Assembly: GCA_964522515.1 (NCBI GenBank)
Contig: CAZFWC010000001.1
Coordinates: forward strand, 14,536 to 78,535
From: an uncultured Gammaproteobacteria bacterium
GTDB lineage: Bacteria > Patescibacteriota > Patescibacteriia > UBA2196
DNA: 64,000 bases
Direction: 5' to 3'
Positions 10,443-19,359 of this stretch are shown piece after piece. Both the position numbers and the translations under genes were made by a program. Within the stretch, counting starts at the first letter, position 1, and each line of letters opens with the position of its first letter. Under the pieces are notes generated by a model. The model saw nothing but the letters and a program-made list of their open reading frames with translations, was not told the origin of the DNA and ran no database searches.

Positions 10443-12926
10443 TTAAATTAATTTTTCTAATTTTTTAATATATTTTTCAACTCCAATTTCTTTAACTGAT
10501 TCAACGCAATTGGTTGACATATTTGCTAGTTGTTTTTTATTTTGTAAACTAAATTTTAAAATTTTTAATAAATCTTCTGTATCACCAGCTTCAAAAGTAA
10601 AGCCGTTAAAATCATCTTTAATAAATTCAATCCCGCCAATTCGCGCAGCTAAAACTGGCACACCATTTGATAAACTTTCAAAAATAACTGTTGGTGAATT
10701 TTCGTAACATAAAGACGAAACAATTGTTGCGTTGGTCTGAACAAAAATTGTGTTCAACTCAGAATTAGGAATGTAGCCTTTGAAAATAATTTGAGAACAG
10801 TCACTAGCTAATTTTTTAGCTTCATCTAATGCTGTGCCTGTGCCTGCGATTAGAAGGTTAATGTTTTTATTATTATTTTGTTCAGATAATAATTTTTTAA
10901 AAACATTTATTAAAAATAAAACACCTTTGTATTTTTCAACTTGCCCAAGAAAAAGAAAAGTAAATTTATTATCATTTGCAATATTAGCAAATGTTTTAAT
11001 GTTTTGGTGCCTGTCCGCCGTAGCCCTGCCTTGCCGGCAGGCAGGTTTAGCGAAGGAGGATTTTAATGTTTTTATGTTGATTGGATTTGTGAGAATTATT
11101 TTTTTAGATTTTGGAAAAAATCTTCTTTGATTATAAAATTCAAGTAAAAATTTTGATGATGAAATTATAATTTCAGGATTATTAAAAGCCCAGCGATTAT
11201 AAATTTGATAAAGTTTTGTTAAGAAAAAATTGTGTTGCCAAGAGTTTTCTTCGTTTTTTAAAATTAAACCAGATGGTGTTGCAAGTTGAACTTCGTGAAG
11301 TGTGTGGATATTTTTTACTTTGCATTTTTTAATTGCGCGACAAGTTAAATATCCAACACCTTTTAACATATGAGTCATTGAAACTTCTGGTTTTTCTTTT
11401 TTTAAAATATATTTAATTACCCAATAAGAATGCAAGTTAAACATATCAAAAGCGTGCCAAAATAGTCGTAGAAATGGTCTGTGAGCGTATTTATTTATAT
11501 TTAAGTATGAAAACAGGTTTAAAGGATAAAAACGATAAATAATTAAGTTGTTTTCAATAGTTTTTTTAGGCAACAAACTGCGTAAATTTTTAAATTCACA
11601 AATTGTAATTATAAAAATTTTATGATTTGTTTTTTTAAATCCTTTGACAATATTATTAACCACTGTTTCAGCGCCACCTTTTGTGTAAGGCGCAAAAACT
11701 GAAGTGATAAGGCAAATGTGCTTTCCCGCCTTCGCCTTTAACAACTCTACTGGACTATGGCGGGCAAGCCCTTTATTTTTTTGAGTTGGTAGTTTAAATT
11801 TATAATAGTTAATAATTTTTTCACAAATTTTTTTCCAATTATATTCTTTTTCAACTTTTTTTCGTCCTTCTTGCCCAAATTGTTTTGTTTTTTCTGTATC
11901 GTTTATAAAAAATAATAATTTTTTTGCAAGATCTCGGGCGTCATTTGGTTTAACAATTAAACCAGATTTATTTTTATCAGATGTAACTCGTAATCCTGGC
12001 CAATCTGAAACAACAACAGGAGCGCCACAAGCCATTGCTTCTACTGCTGTAATTGAAAAACTTTCAGTTGGCTGCGTTGATGGAACTGGAACAACAGTTG
12101 CTAAATTATAATAAAGTGGCAATTCATTATGATCAATATTGCCCAAAAAAATTACTCCAAAGTGAACACTAAATTTGTTCACTAATTTTTTATAATAATT
12201 TAATAAATTACCTTCTCCTGCAATTAATAATTTTACATCTTGATGATTTATAATTTTTATTGCTTTTATTAAAACATCAATTCCTTTAAAAAAATGGGCT
12301 TTGTCCAAAGCTTGGGCAGTAAAAATTATTTTGTCTGTGTCTTTTAAATTTAATTTATTTTTAATATTTTCAGTATTTAAATTTGGTTTGAATTTTTCAA
12401 TATCAACACCGTTTGGTACAACTTTAAATTTTTCAGAATATTTAAAATAATATTTTTTGATTTTTGAATGACGCGCGTAATCATCTGATAAAACAAAAAC
12501 TTGGTCAACTGTTTTAAATAAAAACGGTGCAATAATTTTTTGGTGTAAATTATTAACAAATTTTGTAATTCCCTTGCCAACCATATCCATTTGATAATGA
12601 AAAATAATTTTTGGACATTTTTTTCTTTTAATTTTTTTTAAAAACCACAAAAATTCTGCAACACCAAAATACGGATAATACAAATGAACTACATCAAAAT
12701 TTTTAACTAATTTCATAATTTGTGGCGCAAAATCTGCATAACCAAAAGAAAATAATGGTTTAAATAATTTTATTTTAAAATTTCCTTGTTTATAATCAAT
12801 TTTTCTGTCAGCTAAAAATACTGTCACATTATGTGACTTTCCAATTTCATTTGCAGTGTAAAAACACGCTGTCCCCATTCCGCTTGAAAGTGGAGGAAAC
12901 ACTGGACTAATGTAAGCGATTTTCAT
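10443..12926 (-). CDS. two-domain (tandem) GT4 glycosyltransferase
   Basis: two GT-B/GT4 modules, each with a C-terminal E-X7-E-like region; carries two in-frame GC-rich element insertions. Confidence 0.7.
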   Translation of the reverse strand: MKIAYISPVFPPLSSGMGTACFYTANEIGKSHNVTVFLADRKIDYKQGNFKIKLFKPLFSFGYADFAPQIMKLVKNFDVVHLYYPYFGVAEFLWFLKKIKRKKCPKIIFHYQMDMVGKGITKFVNNLHQKIIAPFLFKTVDQVFVLSDDYARHSKIKKYYFKYSEKFKVVPNGVDIEKFKPNLNTENIKNKLNLKDTDKIIFTAQALDKAHFFKGIDVLIKAIKIINHQDVKLLIAGEGNLLNYYKKLVNKFSVHFGVIFLGNIDHNELPLYYNLATVVPVPSTQPTESFSITAVEAMACGAPVVVSDWPGLRVTSDKNKSGLIVKPNDARDLAKKLLFFINDTEKTKQFGQEGRKKVEKEYNWKKICEKIINYYKFKLPTQKNKGLARHSPVELLKAKAGKHICLITSVFAPYTKGGAETVVNNIVKGFKKTNHKIFIITICEFKNLRSLLPKKTIENNLIIYRFYPLNLFSYLNINKYAHRPFLRLFWHAFDMFNLHSYWVIKYILKKEKPEVSMTHMLKGVGYLTCRAIKKCKVKNIHTLHEVQLATPSGLILKNEENSWQHNFFLTKLYQIYNRWAFNNPEIIISSSKFLLEFYNQRRFFPKSKKIILTNPINIKTLKSSFAKPACRQGRATADRHQNIKTFANIANDNKFTFLFLGQVEKYKGVLFLINVFKKLLSEQNNNKNINLLIAGTGTALDEAKKLASDCSQIIFKGYIPNSELNTIFVQTNATIVSSLCYENSPTVIFESLSNGVPVLAARIGGIEFIKDDFNGFTFEAGDTEDLLKILKFSLQNKKQLANMSTNCVESVKEIGVEKYIKKLEKLI
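11010..11060. repeat. intragenic in-frame GC-rich element (tandem GT4 gene)
   Basis: CTGTCCGCCGTAGCCCTGCCTTGCCGGCAGGCAGGTTTAGCGAAGGAGG. Confidence 0.8.
11724..11770. repeat. intragenic in-frame GC-rich element, opposite orientation (tandem GT4 gene)
   Basis: CCCGCCTTCGCC...CTACTGGACTATGGCGGGCAAG. Confidence 0.8.
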
Positions 12927-12936
12927 ATTGATTTTT

Positions 12937-13105
12937 TCCGCCTTCGCCCCTAATCCCGAGTACTCGGGACTACTGGACTATGGCGGATAAATTTCTAGTT
13001 CAGTTTTAAATTTTTTTTAATTTAAAAAAATTTAAAACTGCATTAAGAGCCTGCCCGCCGTAGCTAGGATTTTTTAGAGTTGAGGCGAAGGAGGGTTAGG
13101 CGAAT
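12937..13105. repeat. GC-rich composite palindromic element (with CCCGAGTACTCGGG sub-hairpin) filling the GT4 / radical-SAM intergenic gap
   Basis: same modules as 30..203; ends at the stop codon of 13106..14233. Confidence 0.85.
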
Positions 13106-14233
13106 TTACCGAAAAATTCCACAACATCTTGAACAAATTGGTAATAATTTTTTATTTATTGAATCACGAAATAATTTTAATTTTTTCCCTTGCCAAATTT
13201 GTTTTATTGTTTGTGAATTAAGATTACCAATTATATAATCTGGATAATCTGCGCAAATAACAACATCACCATTATGACGAATATCGATTTCTCTGTTAAC
13301 AGCGCCACATTTTTTATAATTAAATAATTCTTGATGATTTTGATAATATTTTGCAATATTTTTAGTTTTTAAATTAGGAAAAATCAAAATTGGTTTTTTG
13401 TAGAGTTTATTTTTTCTTATTTTTTTAATTAAATTTTGAATTTTTTCAGCATCTTGCGCAATTTGTTCATTTTGAAAACCTTGCCAACTAGTCGCTGAAA
13501 TATTAAATTCATTTTGCATTCTTTTTTCATATCTTTTTCCTGTTTCTTCATTAGTGAACCAACCCAACTGTAAAATACTCATATCAATCGCAGGATTTTT
13601 TTCAATTTCTTGCAGTAAATTTTCAACATTATTTATGTTATTTTTATTTAAAGTGATAATTGTTTTGATTAATGGTTTGTATTTGTAATTTTTACTTTTT
13701 TCATAAATTAAATTTAATCCAGACATTACTTTTCCAAAAGTGCCAGGAACTTGAACAATAAAATCGTGAATTTCTTTTGTGCCAATTAATGAAACATCAA
13801 TTGAATCAACTTTATTTTTTAAAATATCATCTGAATATTTTTCAAGCAAAACACCATTTGTATTAATTGTGCAAATTAATTTTTTAGTTTTTAAATATTT
13901 AATAAATTCTGCAAAATCAGGATGCAAAATTGGTTCTCCTCCCCAAATATAAATTTCTGGATTGTATTTCGCGCACTCGTCAATTAATTGTTTTAATTTT
14001 TTAATATTTAAAAAATTTTTAATTTGATCTGATTTTGAAGTGCCTTTTTGCCCCCACTGTCCGCACATTTTACATCTTAAATTGCATCCATAAAAAAGAA
14101 AAAAACGAACTAATTTTGGAAACGAATTAGTTTTAAAAAATTTTTTATTTAGCCAGTGAGATATTTTGGTTAATGTAATTTTGCGGTATTTTATAGCTAG
14201 TTTGAGTAAGTTTATGTTTTGGTTTAAGTTCAT
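13106..14233 (-). CDS. radical SAM protein with C-terminal SPASM-like Cys cluster
   Basis: CNLRCKMC (CX3CX2C) near N-terminus; C-terminal CGAVN...CADYPD...CSRCCG cysteine-rich region. Confidence 0.7.
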   Translation of the reverse strand: MNLNQNINLLKLAIKYRKITLTKISHWLNKKFFKTNSFPKLVRFFLFYGCNLRCKMCGQWGQKGTSKSDQIKNFLNIKKLKQLIDECAKYNPEIYIWGGEPILHPDFAEFIKYLKTKKLICTINTNGVLLEKYSDDILKNKVDSIDVSLIGTKEIHDFIVQVPGTFGKVMSGLNLIYEKSKNYKYKPLIKTIITLNKNNINNVENLLQEIEKNPAIDMSILQLGWFTNEETGKRYEKRMQNEFNISATSWQGFQNEQIAQDAEKIQNLIKKIRKNKLYKKPILIFPNLKTKNIAKYYQNHQELFNYKKCGAVNREIDIRHNGDVVICADYPDYIIGNLNSQTIKQIWQGKKLKLFRDSINKKLLPICSRCCGIFR

Positions 14234-14236
14234 AAA

Positions 14237-14300
14237 AAGTGATTAGTGATTAGTGATTAGTGATTAGATATTTTTATCCTGCTCACTGCTCACTATTCAC
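14237..14300. repeat. tandem heptamers (AGTGATT)x4 followed by (TGCTCAC)x2
   Basis: GTGATTAGTGATTAGTGATTAGTGATTAG...CTGCTCACTGCTCACTATTCAC. Confidence 0.7.
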
Positions 14301-15108
14301 TTTTAATATTTATCCATACAAACAAATTATAAATCCACTTACTTGGCAGTAGCAAAAGTAGAAATTCTATAAGCAATCTAATTTCTGCAAACACTGTCCA
14401 GTGTTTTTTAAATCGAAAATATTTTTGTTTAATTTTTATTGTGTCTTTAAGTTGTTTTTTTAATTCGTATTTTTTAGAACCCGCGGAATGCATTCTGTAT
14501 TTTAATAAGGGCTGTTGTAAATTATATAATTTCTTATTTTTTAAAATTAATTGACAAAATAAATCGTAATCTGAAATTTTATCAAATTCTTTTTTATAAA
14601 ATCCAATTTCTTGAAAATCTTTTTTATAAAACATTATGCTTGGATGAGCAACAACATTTCTAATCCGCATCTTTTGGCTAATTTCAGCTGAATTTTCTGG
14701 ATATTTTCGTGTTCCAATTATTTTATCATTTTCATTAATAATTGTTAAATTTGAACCAACTAAATTAATTTCAGGATTAGAAATTAAAAAATCCAACTGT
14801 TTGGACAATCTGTTTGGTTCAGAAATATCATCTGCGTCCATTCTAGCAATAATTTCACTTTGAGCTAATTTAATTCCTTTGTTTAATTGTTCTGCAAAAT
14901 TTGTTCTAGATGAATTTAAAAAATATTTAATTCTAGAATCATTAAAATTATTTATAATATTTTTTTGAGTATTTTCACTTGGATCTTCAATAATAATTAA
15001 TTCAAAATTTTTATAATCCTGATTTAAAATACTTTTGGTTGCTTGCTCAAAATATTTTTGTTTTGTATTCCAAACAGGCATTATTACTGAAATTAATTTA
15101 TTTGTCAT
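14293..15108 (-). CDS. GT2 family glycosyltransferase
   Basis: N-terminal GT-A block VIMPVWN...DYKNFELIIIEDPS, DAD motif. Confidence 0.7.
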   Translation of the reverse strand: MTNKLISVIMPVWNTKQKYFEQATKSILNQDYKNFELIIIEDPSENTQKNIINNFNDSRIKYFLNSSRTNFAEQLNKGIKLAQSEIIARMDADDISEPNRLSKQLDFLISNPEINLVGSNLTIINENDKIIGTRKYPENSAEISQKMRIRNVVAHPSIMFYKKDFQEIGFYKKEFDKISDYDLFCQLILKNKKLYNLQQPLLKYRMHSAGSKKYELKKQLKDTIKIKQKYFRFKKHWTVFAEIRLLIEFLLLLLPSKWIYNLFVWINIKSE

Positions 15109-15436
15109 ATTTTTTTATTTTTTCTAACGCGTCTTTTCTCACGATTTTAGTAATATTTTTTTCAATGTTTTCTAATTTAAGTCTAATTTTAAAAATTAAA
15201 TAAAATAAAATAATAATTCCAATGTAAAGCAAAATATCAATTCCAGAACTTGAAAATCCAAAATTTATTGCTAATTTATCAATCCACTTTAAAGATGAAA
15301 TTGCAACTGCGGAAAATATCCAAAAAATAAACCAAAATATAAATTCATTTTTTGAAATCTGTTGTTTTTGTTTTTGCAATAATAATCTTATGATAAAATA
15401 TAAAATTATTATTAAAGCAATAATTTGTTGAAGCAT
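15098..15436 (-). CDS. small 3-4 TM membrane protein, GtrA-like flippase candidate
   Basis: 112 aa, hydrophobic helices, directly downstream of a DPM/GtrB-like GT2. Confidence 0.4.
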   Translation of the reverse strand: MLQQIIALIIILYFIIRLLLQKQKQQISKNEFIFWFIFWIFSAVAISSLKWIDKLAINFGFSSSGIDILLYIGIIILFYLIFKIRLKLENIEKNITKIVRKDALEKIKKYDK

Positions 15437-15454
15437 ATATTTTTAAAATAATGT

Positions 15455-15540
15455 CATTCTGAGCGAAGCGAAGAATCTATTTTAATAAACCAGATCCTTC
15501 ACTCCCAAAAAAGCTGTTCAGGATGACAACTTTGACAAAC
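15455..15540. repeat. gtcatyc(t/c)gag...(t/c)caggatgac palindromic repeat family, copy
   Basis: GTCATTCTGAGCGAAGCGAAGAATC ... GTTCAGGATGACAA. Confidence 0.65.
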
Positions 15541-16267
15541 ATATTTCCTTAAGTATTTTAAAACCAGAGCCAACTCCTTGTCCAAATTCATTATAAATTA
15601 CTGTTACTGGAACTTCTTTAAATCTTAAATTATTTTTTTTGATTTGCGAAATTATTTCTGTGTTGTGAGACATTCTGTCTTGAAAAATTTTTATTTTTTG
15701 CCCAGCTTTATTTGATAAAACACGATAACCACAGTGAGCGTCTGTTAATTTAATTCCTGTGATTAATCTATTTATCACACGACTTACAGGATGTATAATT
15801 TTTCTTTTTGCAAATGGCATTTTTTTATTTTTTTGTAAAAAACGCGAACCTAAAATAATATCAACTTCATTATTTAATAAAGAAACTAAAGTTTGTTGAA
15901 TTTCATTTACAAGATACTGTCCGTCTGCGTCAAAGTGGACAATAATTTCAGCATTATTTTTAAGAGCAAAATCTGTGCCTGTTTGAAGAGCCGCGCCTTG
16001 CCCTCTGTTAATTTCGTGTTTTAAAACAGTGATTGGAAATTGTTTTAAAATTTCAAAAGTATTATCTGTTGAACAGTCGTCAACAACCACAATTTGATAA
16101 TTGTGTTCTAACAAATTTTTAATCACTTGCGCAATATTTTTTTCTTCATTAAAAGCTGGGATAATAATGAAAATGTTTTGGTTCATTTTGATCTGGATGT
16201 CATCCCGAGCTTTGGTAGGATTTTTTAGGATTGGGTCAATGCAACGGGATCCCATCACTTCTAGCAA
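15518..16267 (-). CDS. GT2 glycosyltransferase, dolichyl-phosphate-mannose synthase/GtrB-like
   Basis: IIIPAFNEE...VVVDDCSTDNT...DADGQY blocks; true start probably MNQNIF near 16186 because the first 27 codons lie inside a palindromic repeat. Confidence 0.7.
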   Translation of the reverse strand: MLEVMGSRCIDPILKNPTKARDDIQIKMNQNIFIIIPAFNEEKNIAQVIKNLLEHNYQIVVVDDCSTDNTFEILKQFPITVLKHEINRGQGAALQTGTDFALKNNAEIIVHFDADGQYLVNEIQQTLVSLLNNEVDIILGSRFLQKNKKMPFAKRKIIHPVSRVINRLITGIKLTDAHCGYRVLSNKAGQKIKIFQDRMSHNTEIISQIKKNNLRFKEVPVTVIYNEFGQGVGSGFKILKEICLSKLSS

Positions 16268-16310
16268 ATTCTAAAGGTCGTTCGGGATGACAACGGGTGA
16301 ATAAATATTA
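16190..16310. repeat. gtcatcccgag family copy with TTTTTTAGGATTGGGTCAATGC.ACGGGATCCC core; overlaps termini of two CDSs
   Basis: GTCATCCCGAGC ... TTTTTTAGGATTGGGTCAATGCAACGGGATCCC ... GTTCGGGATGACAA. Confidence 0.7.
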
Positions 16311-17068
16311 TTTGAGTAAGTTGTAATTTGTTCATTAAACAAAAAATCAAAACCAGTAGCAAAAGCATTTTCTAAAAGTTTTATTTTTTGATTAACTTGA
16401 TTTTCATTTGGAATAAATTCAATTTCAAAACTAGCATTTGCTTTTTCATTTAATTTTAATTCATCTAAATTCCAAGTAATTAATCTTGTTTTCTTATCAA
16501 AATTTAAAGTTTTGCCTTTGTTAACTGCGATTTTATTAGTGTAATTAATATTTGTTGGCAGTTTAGCTTGGATTTTAATATTTTTAATTGCGCGTGGTGA
16601 GCTACTTAATTCCCAAACAATTCGCGCGGAAGTTGTTGCATTAACTTTAGGAGGCCAAGCTCCAATTCCAAGTTGTTCACTTTCTTTTGTGTAGTAAATT
16701 AATTGATTATTAAAAATTAAATTTGCTGGCACAGTATCATTTTTTACTTCTTGCTTGTCTGTTTCACCGCTAACTTTTTGATGAGTAATTTTTAATTCAA
16801 AAGTTTCAATTGGGAATTTTTGAGTTAATAAAAAAATATTAATTAAAATTAAAAGAATAATTAGAAAAATTAAAATCAAATCAATAATTAAATGTTTTTT
16901 TGACTCTTTATAAAATTTATCAAATCGTTTGAGCAAAGGATTTGTAAAAATATTTAAAGTGCGAATATAAATTGGATATTTTTTTGTGTTTTCTAAATTC
17001 AAATCTTGTTTAGAGATTATTTTTTCGTCTTGTGAAACATCTTGAATTTTATTTTTTTGATTATTCAT
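16271..17068 (-). CDS. hypothetical membrane-anchored extracytoplasmic protein
   Basis: single N-terminal TM; last 8 codons (PVVIPNDL) encoded by the gtcatcccgag-family repeat arm. Confidence 0.4.
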   Translation of the reverse strand: MNNQKNKIQDVSQDEKIISKQDLNLENTKKYPIYIRTLNIFTNPLLKRFDKFYKESKKHLIIDLILIFLIILLILINIFLLTQKFPIETFELKITHQKVSGETDKQEVKNDTVPANLIFNNQLIYYTKESEQLGIGAWPPKVNATTSARIVWELSSSPRAIKNIKIQAKLPTNINYTNKIAVNKGKTLNFDKKTRLITWNLDELKLNEKANASFEIEFIPNENQVNQKIKLLENAFATGFDFLFNEQITTYSNNIYSPVVIPNDL

Positions 17069-17079
17069 ATTTTTAAAAA

Positions 17080-17165
17080 TTAATTAAGCACGCGAATTAC
17101 CAGAATAAACCAGAATTTTAATTCGTGTAAATTTTAGGTAATTCTGGTAATTCGTGTTCTATTCT
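17080..17165. repeat. AT-rich palindromic intergenic repeat family, copy 2
   Basis: AGCACGCGAATTACCAGAATAAACCAGAATTTTAATTCGTGTAAATTTTAGGTAATTCTGGTAATTCGTGTTCTAT. Confidence 0.7.
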
Positions 17166-17241
17166 ATTTAAAAAAACAATTTCCTCTCTTCTAAAAAATT
17201 TTAAAAGTCATTCAACATGACAATAAAAAATACTGACAATC

Positions 17242-19359
17242 TTAATAAGCTAAAATCTCAACTTCCTCATCTTGATCAATATCAAATGCGCTTACTTTAG
17301 CGCCGTTGCGAGAATCTGGATCAAAAGCAAAAAACCCAGGATCAACTAAATGACCAATTTTATCATAAATCCTAATGTGCGGACCGCCAGTTAAACCTGC
17401 TCCTGTAATTATCTCATCTTTTCCATCATTATTCAAATCTAGGCAAGCAACATTTACGCCACCTCTGAATTTTAAATCATAAGAAAAAAATCCAGGATCA
17501 AATAAATGTCCGTCAGATCTGAAAATTCTAATGTGTGGACCGCCACCAAAACCAGCGCCAGTTACAATTTCTTTGTAACCATTTCCATTTAAATCACCTA
17601 AAGCCACATTTACTCCACCACGAAAATTTTTATTATAAGCAAACCAGCCTGTGTGAATTAAGTTTCCTTGATAATTAAAAATTCTAATTTGCGGTCCGCC
17701 ACCTTGTTGCGTTCCAGTTACAATTTCTAATTTTTTATCATCTTGAATATTTCCAATTGCAATATTAATTCCTGAATTATATTTTTCTCCATAAGGATAA
17801 AAAGTTTTAACTAAATTATTTTGAGAATTAAAAATTTTAACTGAATTTGAATTTGCCACAATTGTTTCAAATTTTCCATCTTGGTCTAAATCAGAAATAT
17901 TAATTTGTGCGCCACCTTCAAATTTTGATAAGTAAGCAAAAAAACCAGATCTTTTATTGTTTCCGCGTTTATCAAAAATTCTTAAATAAGAACCATTTAT
18001 AAAAGTTGTATTTATTAAATTAAATTCTTCTTGATTGTTTTCCTGATTAATTAATTCTAATTTTTTTAATAAAATAATTCCGTCTTGTGCTGGTAAAAAA
18101 ATTTGTTTAACCAATTCTCCGTTATTTATTTTTTTATCTTGCACCCCACGAATTTTTTCATAAACTGCATTGTTGTCTAAATTAATTATTTGATTTTGCT
18201 GTGTAGAATTAACTAAAGCAATTCCGTTTTCAAAATCACGACGCCAAATTCCTGATTCGTATTGAACACTAAATTTGTCTTGCCCGCCGTAGCCTTGGCG
18301 AAGGTGGGTCAGTAAATTTTGCGCGGAATTAATTGGTTGACCTAAATTAATATTGTATTCATCATACCACCAAAGTTGAGAGTGATCTTCTGTGCCAAAA
18401 TCAAACGCAAAATATCCATTTTCTAACAAACTTGAAGCTAAACCAAAACGCACTTTTTTAAAATTATTTTTATCACCAGTATTATTTGTATTTGGGTTTA
18501 AAATAATAATATGTGGTAAATAATTAATAGAATTATTTAAATTTTTATAATCATTCATTTGTCCAACCCAACTTCCTTGCCATTTGTCTGGCCAAGATTC
18601 ATAAATTCTACCGTTAATAAAATTTTTTGTGTAACTTGAACTGTTAATTAAAATAATTTTATTATTTCCTAATTCTTTTCTAGTATTTTCTAATAATTTT
18701 TTCATTCCTTCTTGCCACTGGTTGTCAGTTAAATTTGTATTATTAATTTTATCTAAAACATTATCAAAAAAAACTCCATCCCAATTTCCAGTGTTAATTA
18801 ATTCTTGTTTAACAAATTTGGGTAGCCAAGAATTAAATTCAGAATTCGTAACATTAAATGAATAATTTCCTGGCCAAATTGAGTGAATATTATTTTGTTT
18901 ATCTTTTAACCACCAAGATGAATTAATTTGCGCATACATTTTATGCCACGGACCATTTGAGCTTTCTAAAATTTTATAATTTTGAATTGGAAATTCCATT
19001 GAAGAAAGATAAGCAATAATTTTAATATTAGGATTAAGATTTTTTAATTCAGAAAAAATATTTAGGTTTGTGTCTTGAACTTGCATTCCTAAAATAACCA
19101 CATCCCATTTTGCTAATTTATTTATTTCAGAATTTGAAATTGGAGTTTTTAAATAATAATTTGCAAGTTTTGGGTAGCTGTTATAACTAGCTTGCGCTGG
19201 TTGTAAAAATAAAAAAAACGCTAAAAAAATTAACGCCAATAAAACAAAAAAAGCAACATTTTTAAAGTTATTTTTTAAATTTATAAATTTGCTCCAATTC
19301 TTTATAATATTGTTCAGAATTGTACAATTTAGCCACTTTTTGTTGAATTTCATATTCAT
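17242..19359 (-). CDS. secreted protein: N-terminal glycoside-hydrolase-like domain plus C-terminal FG-GAP/beta-propeller repeats
   Basis: signal/TM anchor; repeated DxDxDG...VTGAGxGGGPHIRIF units (FG-GAP-like); contains an in-frame GC-rich element. Confidence 0.55.
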   Translation of the reverse strand: MNMKFNKKWLNCTILNNIIKNWSKFINLKNNFKNVAFFVLLALIFLAFFLFLQPAQASYNSYPKLANYYLKTPISNSEINKLAKWDVVILGMQVQDTNLNIFSELKNLNPNIKIIAYLSSMEFPIQNYKILESSNGPWHKMYAQINSSWWLKDKQNNIHSIWPGNYSFNVTNSEFNSWLPKFVKQELINTGNWDGVFFDNVLDKINNTNLTDNQWQEGMKKLLENTRKELGNNKIILINSSSYTKNFINGRIYESWPDKWQGSWVGQMNDYKNLNNSINYLPHIIILNPNTNNTGDKNNFKKVRFGLASSLLENGYFAFDFGTEDHSQLWWYDEYNINLGQPINSAQNLLTHLRQGYGGQDKFSVQYESGIWRRDFENGIALVNSTQQNQIINLDNNAVYEKIRGVQDKKINNGELVKQIFLPAQDGIILLKKLELINQENNQEEFNLINTTFINGSYLRIFDKRGNNKRSGFFAYLSKFEGGAQINISDLDQDGKFETIVANSNSVKIFNSQNNLVKTFYPYGEKYNSGINIAIGNIQDDKKLEIVTGTQQGGGPQIRIFNYQGNLIHTGWFAYNKNFRGGVNVALGDLNGNGYKEIVTGAGFGGGPHIRIFRSDGHLFDPGFFSYDLKFRGGVNVACLDLNNDGKDEIITGAGLTGGPHIRIYDKIGHLVDPGFFAFDPDSRNGAKVSAFDIDQDEEVEILAY
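18279..18310. repeat. intragenic in-frame GC-rich element core (FG-GAP protein gene)
   Basis: CTTGCCCGCCGTAGCCTTGGCGAAGGTGGG. Confidence 0.8.
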
